Numbered from the stretch's first letter, positions 22,189 to 33,678 are shown. The stretch: DNA of 64,000 bases from Chamaesiphon sp. (GCA_965246715.1 CBDFFH010000022.1:96001-160000), one strand, 5' to 3'. The notes: generated by a model from the sequence alone, not told the origin. Made by a program: numbers and translations.

Positions 22189-23514
22189 TCAATCCACATA
22201 TATTTGCTGTTGTTGGGAATTTGCAGCTACAAAAATTGTGGCATTGAGCAACCAGAACTCCATACCTGTCTGCGAGATAAATACTGGATAATTAAATGTA
22301 ATCATCACGATTCCGATATTATATGCAAAGATGACCGCACCCCAAAAAGACAAACCATCCATCCGCTGTTGGCAAGCAATTTTGAAGGCATAATAGCAAG
22401 CTGAAAATAATGCACCACTGTAGGCAATTATCAATGGGATCCCACCATCTAATAGCCAGCCAGTCCACTGAATTTCTACCCAAATCGGGTCGGTAAACGG
22501 ATTGCCATTCTTGCCAAAATAACCATACATCATTCCCCAGCGCCCTAACCCAGCACCCCAAGGATACTTGGGCACTAATATATTGATGGTATCTTCTAAA
22601 AACCGTCCTCTATTCTCGTGATAAACTTGGTCGGCACTGCCAGAAAATAGCGAAGTTATCCGATCGAGTGTCCCCGCACCGCCTACAGCAACCGCCCAGC
22701 CAAACGTACCCAAAATCAATGGCTGGAGCGTCGCAACTAACGTTATCGCGCGCTTAAAATTGCGGCTGACCGATAGCACGAATAACAAACATCCAATACA
22801 CAAGCAAGTAACGATCAAAATATTCCGAACCTGCGACATATAGATGCAGAAAAAGCCGATAAAAGTACTCAGGATCCCTAATCCGGCCACGTACTTATTT
22901 TTGCCTTCTAAAAAGAATGCCAGTCCCAGTAAGACAGCATAAAATCCGGCTAATGCGGCTCCACCTGGCGAATCAGTCAATCCTGACGGACGAAATACCG
23001 ACGTACCGTTTTGGAGGACTATTTTGAGATTTTCGCCACCGTAGGTGCTATTTTCAATTACCGATGATAGTTGAAATTGAAACTGTCCGGGAAAATAGAT
23101 TTGCAGCAACCCAAATAAGACACTAACCGATTGAAACACCCAAACTAGTGCGAGTAAATTGCGAAATCCCGCGGCAGACATCGGTAATTTAGTCGCCCAA
23201 AATAACGGTCCAAGAATTGCTAAATACATTGCAATTTGACCCAAGGCAGCAAAAATTGAATTGTTCTGAAAATTAAAGCAAAATGATAAGCATAAAATTG
23301 CCATAACTCCATAAGCCATCCATTTAACTGGATAGTCGATCCCTCGCTCTTTGGTCGTGGCTAAAAGATAAAGACTCAGACCAAAACAACCGATCCGCAG
23401 TACCGTGCGAAGCGCCCCGATCCCAGGAACTAGCAGCAAGAGCTGTAAAATAAACTGCAACAGCATAAAGTTATGCGCCCAGTTCCATTCATCTCGTTTG
23501 AGTCCAAAGAACAT
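22189..23514 (-). CDS. Wzy-like polysaccharide polymerase / O-antigen-ligase-like membrane protein
   Basis: About 11 TM segments, RPSG..DSP and GAGLG; lies in an EPS cluster. Confidence 0.65.
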   Translation of the reverse strand: MFFGLKRDEWNWAHNFMLLQFILQLLLLVPGIGALRTVLRIGCFGLSLYLLATTKERGIDYPVKWMAYGVMAILCLSFCFNFQNNSIFAALGQIAMYLAILGPLFWATKLPMSAAGFRNLLALVWVFQSVSVLFGLLQIYFPGQFQFQLSSVIENSTYGGENLKIVLQNGTSVFRPSGLTDSPGGAALAGFYAVLLGLAFFLEGKNKYVAGLGILSTFIGFFCIYMSQVRNILIVTCLCIGCLLFVLSVSRNFKRAITLVATLQPLILGTFGWAVAVGGAGTLDRITSLFSGSADQVYHENRGRFLEDTINILVPKYPWGAGLGRWGMMYGYFGKNGNPFTDPIWVEIQWTGWLLDGGIPLIIAYSGALFSACYYAFKIACQQRMDGLSFWGAVIFAYNIGIVMITFNYPVFISQTGMEFWLLNATIFVAANSQQQQIYVD

Positions 23515-23567
23515 ATCAACCTAAATTAGTAATCGGGGTCATCTCCAAGATACATTTTTTGACTGCA

Positions 23568-24329
23568 TTATCGTCGATCGAATGGCTTGCAGATAAACCA
23601 CACTTGACTACTAAACCAGCCACCCGACCAGGGTAACGGGGAGAAGATTGTTTGCTCGACGGTCAAATGCTCCCGGACTCGCTCGCGCATCGCCCGCCAG
23701 TTGAAACCATAATGGGAGTGAGAAGGCTCATCTGGTTCGCCATATACCGGACGGTCTACTATGGTATTCTCTCCAGCACAAATCATCTTGATGGCATTTG
23801 ATAGTGAATAGGATTCATAGTAGCGGTAATCGCTCAAACCCCGCAAAGCAGCAAGCTTGCGGAGAAATAACTTCAACAGGAACGTTGGCCCAATTTCGAT
23901 CGGCACGCTAATAATTACCCGTCCATCAGCAGCGACGAGTCGAGCTAAGTCTTTGAGTACGATTTCCACTATTGGATCCGTACAATGTTCGAGTGCTTCC
24001 ATACAGGTGACGACATCGTAAGACGCTACATGAGCGGAATCGGCGATTTCGGAAATGGTGGAAAAGCGAATATTCTGGAGATCGGCAAAGCGAGTCTGAC
24101 AGTCTTTGACTTGATCTGCTGCAATATCTGCTCCGTAGCCAGAAGATAACTGATTTGCAGCCATCGAGAGAAAGGTGCCGTCGCCACAACCATAGTCCAG
24201 TAATTTCTGCTGCGAGCCAATCAAGCGCAGAGCTGCCTCAAACCGAGATCTGTGACTCCAAGCAATAATATTGCTATCGCAACCAAATTGCTTCTGGTAA
24301 TATTTTCCTTCAGTAATAGCGTTCAACAT
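23568..24329 (-). CDS. class I SAM-dependent methyltransferase
   Basis: LLDYGCGDG, EALEH. Confidence 0.9.
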   Translation of the reverse strand: MLNAITEGKYYQKQFGCDSNIIAWSHRSRFEAALRLIGSQQKLLDYGCGDGTFLSMAANQLSSGYGADIAADQVKDCQTRFADLQNIRFSTISEIADSAHVASYDVVTCMEALEHCTDPIVEIVLKDLARLVAADGRVIISVPIEIGPTFLLKLFLRKLAALRGLSDYRYYESYSLSNAIKMICAGENTIVDRPVYGEPDEPSHSHYGFNWRAMRERVREHLTVEQTIFSPLPWSGGWFSSQVWFICKPFDRR

Positions 24330-24420
24330 AGATATCTCCGATGATAAATGAATGATTGATTAGATAGATACAGGTGTTGTAATATTTGCTTGGGTAAAAT
24401 TTAGTTTCCAATAAAAAAAA

Positions 24421-25107
24421 TTATTTTTTTGTAGCTGATAAAATTACGTTATCGCTAAAAAGTCTACCTTTGCAGCCCAGAAAATGCGGCCAATTCCGAT
24501 CGCTGCCAGGTATCCTCCCCGAATCGGTATAATGAATTTGAATGTCCGAGAGCTGACATTCAGCGGCAATTCGCTGCAAATCGATTTCGAGTAAGGCCGT
24601 AATATGTGCGGGATAGCAGCCTGGAGTTTCTTGGAAGGCATTAAACTGGTTTTTAAATACCAAATTCAACTTACTTAGCAAACTTAATTGATTGGGAGTG
24701 GTAACGACAATCGTCCCACCAGGTGCAGTAATTCTCACTAATTCCCGCATAAAAGTGCGCGGGTTTTCTAAATGCTCGATCGTTTCGATCGAACAAACAA
24801 CATCGGCATAATTATCTGGTAACTTAATCGTACAAGTATCTAAATCGGACTCGATAAATCTACAATCTTGCGGAAATTCTGGATAGCGAACGATGTCAGC
24901 ACCGATATACTGCTGTTTAGATAAATCCAGGAAGTTAAGAAAATTACCTTGGCCGCAACCAACATCTACTACATTGCCAGAGTAGTCGCTAATTAAATTA
25001 GCAACCGATCGATAAATTGCAACGTTGCTTTGCCCAGCACTGATTAATGCTCTGTCTGTTTTTAATTGAGTTTTCATAGTTGGATTATCGAGTAAGTTTC
25101 TAGACAT
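24421..25107 (-). CDS. class I SAM-dependent methyltransferase
   Basis: VVDVGCGQG, ETIEHLENP, TTPN; start uncertain. Confidence 0.9.
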   Translation of the reverse strand: MSRNLLDNPTMKTQLKTDRALISAGQSNVAIYRSVANLISDYSGNVVDVGCGQGNFLNFLDLSKQQYIGADIVRYPEFPQDCRFIESDLDTCTIKLPDNYADVVCSIETIEHLENPRTFMRELVRITAPGGTIVVTTPNQLSLLSKLNLVFKNQFNAFQETPGCYPAHITALLEIDLQRIAAECQLSDIQIHYTDSGRIPGSDRNWPHFLGCKGRLFSDNVILSATKK

Positions 25108-26224
25108 GACATACCCCACGAGCGAGATCGATCGCCTCTTTCAATACAAATATTTGTTGGCGTGGCTCACATAATTCTGTAGCTCTGGCAATTGCCGATG
25201 TCCTAAACTGTTGACATTTAGCTGGCTGCTGGACTAATTCCCGGAGTGATGAGGCAATTTCGCCGATATTCCCTGGCTCGACGGCATAGCCACACTCAGG
25301 TGTCACGATCTCACCACCACCGCCGATTGCCACCGTTACTACGGGCAATCCCGCAGATAAAGCTTCAATAAAAGCAATCCCAAACGGTTCGGCACTCAAG
25401 TTGGGCTGACAAAAAATATCGGCCGCTACGAGTAAATCTGGGACATCTTGACGTTCGCCTAAAAATCGCACCCGCCGTTCCAAACCCAGTTCTTGGACTT
25501 GGTGCTGCAATCGATCGGAATATTCGCGCTCGCTATCGCGCTGTATTCCTCCTACAATCCAGTATTCCCAATTTGGGAGGTCTTGTATCTGGGCTAATGC
25601 AGCAATCGCCAAATTATGTCCTTTCCAGCTTTCCAGCCGCGATACTTGAACGATAACCGTTGTATCTACTGCCGTTCCTAGTTGCTGTCGGACTTGTTGC
25701 CGCACCTGCTGGGGATGAGCGCGCTCGATCGGTGTAACCGGGCAGTAGATAACGCGATCGGGGATATTCGGATACAGGCAATTCAAATGCTGTTGGGTAT
25801 ACCGACTATTCGCAATTACTAAGTCTGGTCGCGTGAATTTAGCCAATCGCTCGATCGTGCTTTGCCCAGTCGGGATATCATGACACCAAAAGATAAGTGG
25901 TATGCCCATCTGTTTGACCGTGCTACCAAAAATCGCCTGCGGCCAACAGGCATGGCAAATGACTAAATCGATCGATTCTTGCCGAATGACACGCTTGAGC
26001 TGCGCTCTGGCTTGAAATGCTTGCCACGGATTACTGAGCTTCACCCCTCCAAGCTGATGGATTTTAACACCAGTAGTCGCTAACTCCTGAGATAATCTGC
26101 CCTCAAAACATAAAGCAAATTGCGGCTCCATCTCTGGGCAGAGATGCCGTTGGCGAGCTAGTGTCACCAGTAGCGTCTCGATCCCGCCAAATAAATTTCC
26201 GGCATATACATGTAGAACTTTCAT
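25100..26224 (-). CDS. GT4-family glycosyltransferase
   Basis: FGGIET, WKGH, EPFGIAFIEA. Confidence 0.9.
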   Translation of the reverse strand: MKVLHVYAGNLFGGIETLLVTLARQRHLCPEMEPQFALCFEGRLSQELATTGVKIHQLGGVKLSNPWQAFQARAQLKRVIRQESIDLVICHACWPQAIFGSTVKQMGIPLIFWCHDIPTGQSTIERLAKFTRPDLVIANSRYTQQHLNCLYPNIPDRVIYCPVTPIERAHPQQVRQQVRQQLGTAVDTTVIVQVSRLESWKGHNLAIAALAQIQDLPNWEYWIVGGIQRDSEREYSDRLQHQVQELGLERRVRFLGERQDVPDLLVAADIFCQPNLSAEPFGIAFIEALSAGLPVVTVAIGGGGEIVTPECGYAVEPGNIGEIASSLRELVQQPAKCQQFRTSAIARATELCEPRQQIFVLKEAIDLARGVCHV

Positions 26225-26337
26225 GATTAGACCTTTTGTAAAAGTAAAAATATAGTCTTTTTTAGTATTTTTGTCGTCTAAAGTTCCGCCTGTATTAATT
26301 CACTAAACCGTCGGAAAACAACAGAGTGTGCGAATCG

Positions 26338-26372
26338 CTATTCCCTATTCCCTATCCCTTATTCCCTCCCCA
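26338..26372. repeat. heptameric STRR-like tandem repeat (CTATTCC)n
   Basis: CTATTCC CTATTCC CTATCCC TTATTCC. Confidence 0.7.
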
Positions 26373-26373
26373 T

Positions 26374-27588
26374 CTAGGCTTTCTGCTTGACTCGCAGCGT
26401 TGGAGCCTCAAACAAGAGATAAAAAACATAAGCGAAACCGATTGTCAACGGTAATACGATCCCAGCACGTACCAACCACTGAGCAGTGAGATCGATCGAT
26501 AAATTCGGCTCCACGAGCAGCGACCAGCACGAGACGATAATGGCATGAGTCAAATACAAGCTATATGAAAAACTAGCTAAGAACTTTGCTATTTTCCCGC
26601 TCAAACAAGCCAGCATCCAGTTCCCCCACTTCGTTCCTTTACTGCTCGCCTGCACCGAGGTCAGATACAGTAAAAATGCCAGTACCATCCCGCCAACACC
26701 ATCATCTTTACCACTTTGGAGCACGTAAGCAAATAGTAATGGTACGCGATCTAATAACTGTCCATCGCCACCGATGCGGAACGAAACGATCGTCACCACC
26801 AATGCAATGGTAAATAAGCGAGAAATGAGGCGGTGATAACTTCTGCGCGGATGTTTGAGGATCTGGTGTGCCCAAATCGCCCCTTGCATCCCGATCGCAA
26901 ACAGGCCGATGTACCACGGGCAAGCGACATAGACATCTTTGCCCCACCCAAAAAATGCTGGAACTATTCCTAGCCCAATTCCTATAGAGACCATGATGAA
27001 GGCACCAAATTTACGATAGAGCGGCACAAAGACTAATGGCAGCAGGAAATAGATCTGCCATTCGGTGGCGACACTCCAGTGCGTGAAGTTGATGCTATTA
27101 CTCCAGGCTGGATTGAGATTGTGAATCAACAGCAGGTGAGAGACGATCGTATCAGCACGCAAACCGCTGGCAACATCAGTAGCTGTAGCTGCGGAGAAAA
27201 ATTGCTGTCCGATCCACAGAAAAATTAGCGAGCCAGCCAGTGCAGCATAATAAGGTGGCATAATTCGTTTTGCCCGCCGCAGGATATAGCCTTTAAACCC
27301 GCCCCGAATTTTGAGCTGAGGATTGGCAAGTACGCCTAACATCAAACTCAAACCGGAAACAACGATAAAAATACTGACCGATGCGTGCCCGAATCGCAGT
27401 AGATTAGATGCGACCTTAATTGGCAATGGCAAAGTCTCTAACGATCGATGCCAAAATAAAAAATGATAGAAAGTGACATACAGTGCCGAAAAGCCCCGGA
27501 CTCCATCTAGAAATTCCAACCGTATTGTCGGGTGATGAGTATGAACATCAGCTTGGTTTTTAGTTATGAGTTCGGATGAGGTCAACAT
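26374..27588 (-). CDS. membrane acyltransferase (Acyl_transf_3 / OafA family)
   Basis: LDGVRG, RRAKRI.PPYY, HWSVATEWQIY, SYSLYLTH. Confidence 0.92.
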   Translation of the reverse strand: MLTSSELITKNQADVHTHHPTIRLEFLDGVRGFSALYVTFYHFLFWHRSLETLPLPIKVASNLLRFGHASVSIFIVVSGLSLMLGVLANPQLKIRGGFKGYILRRAKRIMPPYYAALAGSLIFLWIGQQFFSAATATDVASGLRADTIVSHLLLIHNLNPAWSNSINFTHWSVATEWQIYFLLPLVFVPLYRKFGAFIMVSIGIGLGIVPAFFGWGKDVYVACPWYIGLFAIGMQGAIWAHQILKHPRRSYHRLISRLFTIALVVTIVSFRIGGDGQLLDRVPLLFAYVLQSGKDDGVGGMVLAFLLYLTSVQASSKGTKWGNWMLACLSGKIAKFLASFSYSLYLTHAIIVSCWSLLVEPNLSIDLTAQWLVRAGIVLPLTIGFAYVFYLLFEAPTLRVKQKA

Positions 27589-27623
27589 AATATCTCGTGT
27601 CGGAGCGTGATTGCGGTTTCCAT

Positions 27624-28847
27624 TTAGGGGGTAAAGTCTCCGGAAATTTCTAACTCGCTGGATGCCATCAAACTTGCCGTTTGTCCGAGTTGGCGTTCCT
27701 TGGCAAACCGCTGGTAGATCGCTAAACTCCGCTGTGCCATCATCGAATCGCTAAACTTCTCTGCCCGGAGTCTCGCGCCTCGAGCGAGGCGTTCGCGGAG
27801 TCCTTCCTCTTCGAGTAACCGCCGCGCCGCTTCGCCAAAAGCCCGTGGGTTATCGATCTTTACCGTCAAACCCTCTCGCTCGTGTCGACATACCCACGGC
27901 ACGCCACTCCCGGAAATATCACAATTGATCGCGGGACAACCGCTGGCCATCGCCTCTACTTGCACCATTCCAAAGGCTTCACTGCGAACGTTCGAGGGAA
28001 ACCATAACGCTGTCGCAGCATGATAGGCGGCAACCAATTCCACATCGCTAGTTTTGCCCAGCCACACTACCCGATCTGCGACATTTAATTCGTAGGCAGT
28101 TTTTTGTAAATCGTCCATTAATGGCCCAGTACCGACGATTAATAGTTTGCCTGGGACGTGTTGCAGTGCGGCGATCGCAATATGGAAAGATTTGTAATAG
28201 ACCATTCGCCCTACTGCCAGCCAAATAACATCCCCATGTTCGGCTTTTAATTGCTGCGCTCGATCGAGTGTACTTTGTGGGGGATTGGTAAAGGTCGATA
28301 GCTCTAACCCGAGCGGCAATACATTCAATTTCTGACGGTAAAGTCGTAAAAATTTCGAGCCTTTTTGGTATGCTTTACTGGTAGTCAAGATAATTTTTGC
28401 TTGGCTATAAATGAGATGTTCGATCGGCCGAAACAAGTACTTGAGCACTTTTTGCCGGATCGCATCGCTATGGTGGGTAATCACTAAGTTCCGGCGAATC
28501 TTCCCCGTCAGCATCAATGCAAGTAACATTGTGGGATTGGGAGTATGAACGTGAAAAATCGTATCAGAGAACTTAGCAAAGTATCGAATATAGAAAAATA
28601 ATGACGGGCAAAAATCTAACTTTAAGAATGAAGCAATTCTCCCAACTTTGATTACTTGTACTCGATCGTTAAAGGTAATTTCTGTTTTAGTGTGCTGCGA
28701 AAGTTGGGCCTCATCGTTAAAACTATTTACACAAATAATACAAACATCCGCACCTAATTTAGCTTGCTTTTGAGCTAATGTTTCGACATGACTTTCCATC
28801 CCACCGTAGAGCGGCGAATGATATTTAGCTAGGTGAACTATTCTCAT
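27624..28847 (-). CDS. GT4-family glycosyltransferase
   Basis: GGMESH, SEAFGMVQVEAM. Confidence 0.9.
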   Translation of the reverse strand: MRIVHLAKYHSPLYGGMESHVETLAQKQAKLGADVCIICVNSFNDEAQLSQHTKTEITFNDRVQVIKVGRIASFLKLDFCPSLFFYIRYFAKFSDTIFHVHTPNPTMLLALMLTGKIRRNLVITHHSDAIRQKVLKYLFRPIEHLIYSQAKIILTTSKAYQKGSKFLRLYRQKLNVLPLGLELSTFTNPPQSTLDRAQQLKAEHGDVIWLAVGRMVYYKSFHIAIAALQHVPGKLLIVGTGPLMDDLQKTAYELNVADRVVWLGKTSDVELVAAYHAATALWFPSNVRSEAFGMVQVEAMASGCPAINCDISGSGVPWVCRHEREGLTVKIDNPRAFGEAARRLLEEEGLRERLARGARLRAEKFSDSMMAQRSLAIYQRFAKERQLGQTASLMASSELEISGDFTP

Positions 28848-29018
28848 GATTTACTAATGATAGTATCGATTGATTGATGAGTTTTACTCGATCGGCTAGC
28901 GACGAGTACAGGAGCGAGCCGATTTTAAAATGATTAAAGCGATTGACAAAGTAAGGTGACGAGATTCAATTTTTAATCCGCCACCATTGCGGGCTATTTT
29001 CAATTCAATGTTTAACTG

Positions 29019-31349
29019 CTAAATCAATTGATGTTTTTGACGATCGATTGCATATTTTTGATTAGATTCTTGATAGTATTGGTAGTGCTCTTGATATCCA
29101 GAATGCTCGGTTTCTACGCGATTGATTACCAATCCTAAGACTGGAGTTTGAATCGATGAAATAATATCGATTGCTCGATCGATCGTCTGGCGTTGTGCGA
29201 CATTCAGACTAACGATATAAACCAACCCATCTACCAAAGTGGCAATCAAGCGAGTATCGCTAACTCCGACGATCGGTGGCGTGTCGAAGATCACATAGTC
29301 ATAATCGTTGCGCCAGCGATCGATCTGTCGTTTGAATTGTTGAGAATTAATTAACGAAATGGAGTTCACCAGCATCGGGCCAGAAAACAACACATCTAAA
29401 TTAAATTTAGAACTCTTCTTGATAAGATCTTTATAGTCAAATCCATTGACGATAGCATTAGTCAATCCCATCTCATCCGCACAATCTACAGATTTAAATA
29501 ACTCTGAGTTATGGCACAATTTTGGAATCGTGGATTTATGTAGATCTAGATCGACTAATAAGACGCGATAGCCGAGTTCGGCTAAGGTGATACTAGTATG
29601 AAAACTAATCGTTGATTTACCTTCCTTCGGTACTGCCGAAGTCATTGCCAATACTTTGCCACATCGATCTTCAGTATCACTAACTAGTCCGATATCGAGT
29701 ACTAGCATCCGCAACGATTCGAGGAAGCTCCAGTAAGAGTAGTTCTTAGTGTTGCTCGTTGTCGCTGGGAGGACATCATTGCCCCCACGTAATGCGAGCT
29801 GCTCTAGATCGGCCATTTTGGGTACCAGAGTTAAGATCGGCATCCCGGTCATTGCTTTGAGAGTATCTGGATTGTCGATCCGATTATTTTGACTATTTCT
29901 GAGTTTATTTAATCCAACTGCCGCACCGATCCCCAGTACCAAACTACCTAAAGCACCCAATAATAATTGTTGGCTGACATTTGGGAAAATTGGGATGTGA
30001 GGTAATTCTGGCGGGTCGAGTAAAGTCCACGGTACGACTTGCTCGGCATCCGCAATTTTTAACTCTTGCAACTTTTGAAGAAAGGCATTCAACTCTTGAG
30101 AGGACATCGTATATTGCCGTTGCAATTCGGTATATTGTTGTTGCAGGCTGGGCAATTGGGCGATTTGGGTTTCGATTTCCTGATAAACCTTTTCCAAACC
30201 CTGATATTGAGCGGTTTGAGCAGTTAAAAGCGTTTCGATATCTGCTTGCTTATTGGCGAGATTTTGGGCGAGACTGTTACCAAAATTAGCAATACCACCA
30301 TTGGTTAAATCGGTATTCGATACATCGCGTTTGAGAACTTGCTGCGCTCTATTTTTAAGAAGTGCTAGCACTTCATCGCGTTTTTCCCTAACACTTATCA
30401 AACTTGGACTATTGTCAGTCAGTCGGAGTTTTTCTTGACTGTATAGTAGTTCCAGTTCGTTAAGTTTTTTGAATAACTCTTGATAGGCGGTATCTTGAGT
30501 CAACATCGTCGTACTCAAAGTATTATTTGCAGTCAAGCCAACTTTAGTTAATTGTTTTTTGAGCTGCTCGTCTTGTTTGAGCGTCTCTTTATACTTGACT
30601 CTATTTTCGTTCAAAGATTTTAATACTTCTTGACGATATTCTGCTAGCCCTTTAGCGGAGCTTTCGGGATCGATAAACCGATAACTGCGCCGAAAACCTT
30701 CGAGCTGTTTAGAGGCAGTTTTGAGCCTTTGCCGCGATTTGGGGATCTGCGACTCGATAAAGCCGATCGAATTATCGGTTCTGGCTTTTTTAGTTTTAAT
30801 CCCGTAATCGATATAAATATTACTTAAGGCATTAAGATTGGCGACGATTCGTTGAGGATTGGTATCTGTATAAGTAATCGTTAAAGTATTGGTAGTTTGT
30901 CCGGTTTGAATCGTAAGATTTTGTACGACCGTATCTACCGAGGAACGCAAATTGGGATCGGGGATCGTATCGATCGCTTTTTGAACGATCGTTTTACTCT
31001 TCAATTTTTGGACGATCGTATCCAGTGTCGTACTGCGATCGTCGCCTATCCCAGCGCCAGTTCCACCTGCTACAACGCTGATTTTTTCAGCGATCGATGT
31101 CGAATTTTTCAACTCGATCGCAATCTGGACTGAAGACTTATAGATCTTAGGTTCTTTAAATGTTTTATAAGCGATTCCTGCCATCAATAGCGAGCTGACG
31201 ATCGCCGTTACATACCAATACTTGCGTAAGCTAGTCAGAACCATCCCCAGGCTCATTTCCCGCTCTGGTGATAAGCGGATATTACTGGAGGGAGTGATGA
31301 TTTCAGAAGTTGAAGATCGACTGATTCGATCGTGGGATGATTCAAACAT
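29019..31349 (-). CDS. wzc: Wzc/GumC-family polysaccharide co-polymerase with tyrosine kinase domain
   Basis: Two TM segments around a coiled coil; SAVPKEGKST, VDLD, FDTPP; Tyr-rich tail. Confidence 0.92.
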   Translation of the reverse strand: MFESSHDRISRSSTSEIITPSSNIRLSPEREMSLGMVLTSLRKYWYVTAIVSSLLMAGIAYKTFKEPKIYKSSVQIAIELKNSTSIAEKISVVAGGTGAGIGDDRSTTLDTIVQKLKSKTIVQKAIDTIPDPNLRSSVDTVVQNLTIQTGQTTNTLTITYTDTNPQRIVANLNALSNIYIDYGIKTKKARTDNSIGFIESQIPKSRQRLKTASKQLEGFRRSYRFIDPESSAKGLAEYRQEVLKSLNENRVKYKETLKQDEQLKKQLTKVGLTANNTLSTTMLTQDTAYQELFKKLNELELLYSQEKLRLTDNSPSLISVREKRDEVLALLKNRAQQVLKRDVSNTDLTNGGIANFGNSLAQNLANKQADIETLLTAQTAQYQGLEKVYQEIETQIAQLPSLQQQYTELQRQYTMSSQELNAFLQKLQELKIADAEQVVPWTLLDPPELPHIPIFPNVSQQLLLGALGSLVLGIGAAVGLNKLRNSQNNRIDNPDTLKAMTGMPILTLVPKMADLEQLALRGGNDVLPATTSNTKNYSYWSFLESLRMLVLDIGLVSDTEDRCGKVLAMTSAVPKEGKSTISFHTSITLAELGYRVLLVDLDLHKSTIPKLCHNSELFKSVDCADEMGLTNAIVNGFDYKDLIKKSSKFNLDVLFSGPMLVNSISLINSQQFKRQIDRWRNDYDYVIFDTPPIVGVSDTRLIATLVDGLVYIVSLNVAQRQTIDRAIDIISSIQTPVLGLVINRVETEHSGYQEHYQYYQESNQKYAIDRQKHQLI

Positions 31350-32010
31350 ATTGTGCCGATCTACAGGTGAACTGTATATTCCTGACTAGATACAATGTCA
31401 CTTAGGGGTGACTGTTAAAAATTTAACATGCGTTTTTTGGGAATACACAGAGGGCTGACGATATTTAGGCTAATTGACTCAGCGAGTCTCATGCATAAGT
31501 AGTAGTCGATGTGACAGTAATGGGATTTCTTCATCCACATTGGGCTAAAACTGGGCTGGCAAAGGTAATTTCCGATCCTCTTGGTGCTGGCAGATTTTTA
31601 TTTGCTTGTACACAATAACCCTGCCTACCGGTTAATTGTGTCGGGATGCCCCTGATGGCAGTGGTGTCAACTTGAGGCTCGAACACACTTGTCAAGCAGA
31701 TTCTGAGAGCGACCGATCGACTGTCGAATAACATCTCCAGCGTTTTAATGCAAGCGTACTTGTCGATAGTGATGCTAGCAATTTATGCTGTTCTACTGTC
31801 AATTCTGTAGTGTAGGATTGAGTCATGACTTCCTAGATAGCTGTTTAGATCTAAGAATTTTATCCAGATTAACAAGTCTAGGGCGCTTTTTTACTAGTGC
31901 TTATTTATATTTTCTAAATATTTTCCGAACACAAGGCAGCGATCGAGCGGGAGCGATGGTAGTAGTCAAAGACTACCGACTTTATTAGTAATAACAAATA
32001 AGAAATAATA

Positions 32011-32859
32011 GTGGAAATTGGCATTGTCGGAATTGGATTGATCGGCGCATCTCTAGGATGGGATTTTCGCCAACTGGGGCATCGAGTAATCGGAGTAAGT
32101 TTACAGACGACTACTTGCGAAATTGCCGAACGGGAAGGAATTTGCGATCGAGCTAGCTGCGATCTCGCTAGTCTAAAAGATACCGAAATTATCTTTATTT
32201 GTACGCCGATCGGGGCGATTTTGCCAACGATCGAACGACTGATGCCCCATCTGCATCCCGAGACAATTATCACCGATGCCGGTTCGGTCAAAGGCGCGAT
32301 CGTCGATCCGGCTACAGCGCTGTGGGCAAATTTTGTCGGTGGACACCCGATGGCGGGTAACTCTGAAAGTGGGATTGCGGCCTTTGAGAAGCGGTTATTT
32401 GCACAGCGACCTTATGTTTTAACCCCGATCGCCACAACGCAGGTGGCGGCGTTAGAACGTGTAGCTGAGTTGGTACGCTCGTTAGATTGCATTCTGTATC
32501 ATGCGACTCCTGCGGAACACGATCTCGCGGTAGCCTGGATTTCGCATTTACCAGTGATGGTAAGTGCCAGTTTGCTCGGTGCTTGTCTGGACGAACCAGA
32601 TCCGCAGATTCTCAACTTAGCCAAGAAATTTGCCAGCACGGGTTTTAAAGATACCAGTCGGGTGGGTGCGGGTAACCCCGAAATGGGAATGATGATGGCC
32701 CAATACAATCGCGATGCTTTATTACGATCGCTACTTAGTTATCGAGATCGATTGGATAATTTAATCGACTCGATCGAGGTAGAAAAATGGACGGATGTTC
32801 GAGATTTATTAGCTCAAAATCAATCCGTCCGTCCTGAATTTTTGAATCCTGAAGATTAG
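32011..32859 (+). CDS. tyrA: prephenate/arogenate dehydrogenase
   Basis: GIGLIGAS, GSVK, GGHPMAG, ISHLP, DTSRV. Confidence 0.93.
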   Translation: MEIGIVGIGLIGASLGWDFRQLGHRVIGVSLQTTTCEIAEREGICDRASCDLASLKDTEIIFICTPIGAILPTIERLMPHLHPETIITDAGSVKGAIVDPATALWANFVGGHPMAGNSESGIAAFEKRLFAQRPYVLTPIATTQVAALERVAELVRSLDCILYHATPAEHDLAVAWISHLPVMVSASLLGACLDEPDPQILNLAKKFASTGFKDTSRVGAGNPEMGMMMAQYNRDALLRSLLSYRDRLDNLIDSIEVEKWTDVRDLLAQNQSVRPEFLNPED

Positions 32860-32941
32860 GCTAATGGCTAGTATACTTTATTCGATCGATAAATACTAAA
32901 TATTAGCAAGTAGTAATTAAATAATCCACAACTCCCAATAT

Positions 32942-33496
32942 CTAATGTCGCATCTTCTCCTGTAACTCAATTTGACGTTGACGCACTTGGCGGTGTTCGG
33001 GATCGATGCCGTCGAAAGTTGGCGGGAGCCAAACTCGCACTACGAGTAACACCGCCATCACCAGCAAGAACGCACAAGTAGCTAAGATTTGACTCCACTG
33101 AACTTCGAGAATGTTATTAACAATAATCTCGCGTAATACTGAAACGATCGCGACTTCTACCGCCACTCCCACCGAAACTCGTTGTTCCTGGAGATAGATA
33201 ATTAGCAGTCGAAATAATTCAACTAAAATCAGTAGGTAGAGGATATCCGCAGTTACATCACGAAAGTGTGAAGGCGGTAACAGCGAAAAAAACATCGCCC
33301 GAATTTGAATCGTCATCACGCTAAATAAGCCGATGCAGAGAGAGACGACAATGATATCTTGGACTGTTTCTAGAATCCCCACGATCGCAGCTTTTGTCGG
33401 CAACAACGATCGACCTTTGACTGTTGATTCGCCAACAATTGGTTGTAATAAATTTTCTGCCCGAGCATCGATTTGGTGCATAAAAAATTGCCTCAT
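32942..33496 (-). CDS. PsiE-family membrane protein
   Basis: LILVELFRLL, AIVSVLREII. Confidence 0.8.
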   Translation of the reverse strand: MRQFFMHQIDARAENLLQPIVGESTVKGRSLLPTKAAIVGILETVQDIIVVSLCIGLFSVMTIQIRAMFFSLLPPSHFRDVTADILYLLILVELFRLLIIYLQEQRVSVGVAVEVAIVSVLREIIVNNILEVQWSQILATCAFLLVMAVLLVVRVWLPPTFDGIDPEHRQVRQRQIELQEKMRH

Positions 33497-33678
33497 GCTG
33501 TGGTCTTGTCACCTACTGTACAAGACATGCTAGCAATCGAGCAATACCGTAAAGATTTGAATCACTGATATGTGTAATTTGGAGAACTAGTAGATGGATT
33601 ATGAGATCGACATTAACACCAGCTAATTATGGATGGTAAAAGTATAAATTTCAATTTAATATTCGCTCGATCGAGCGA

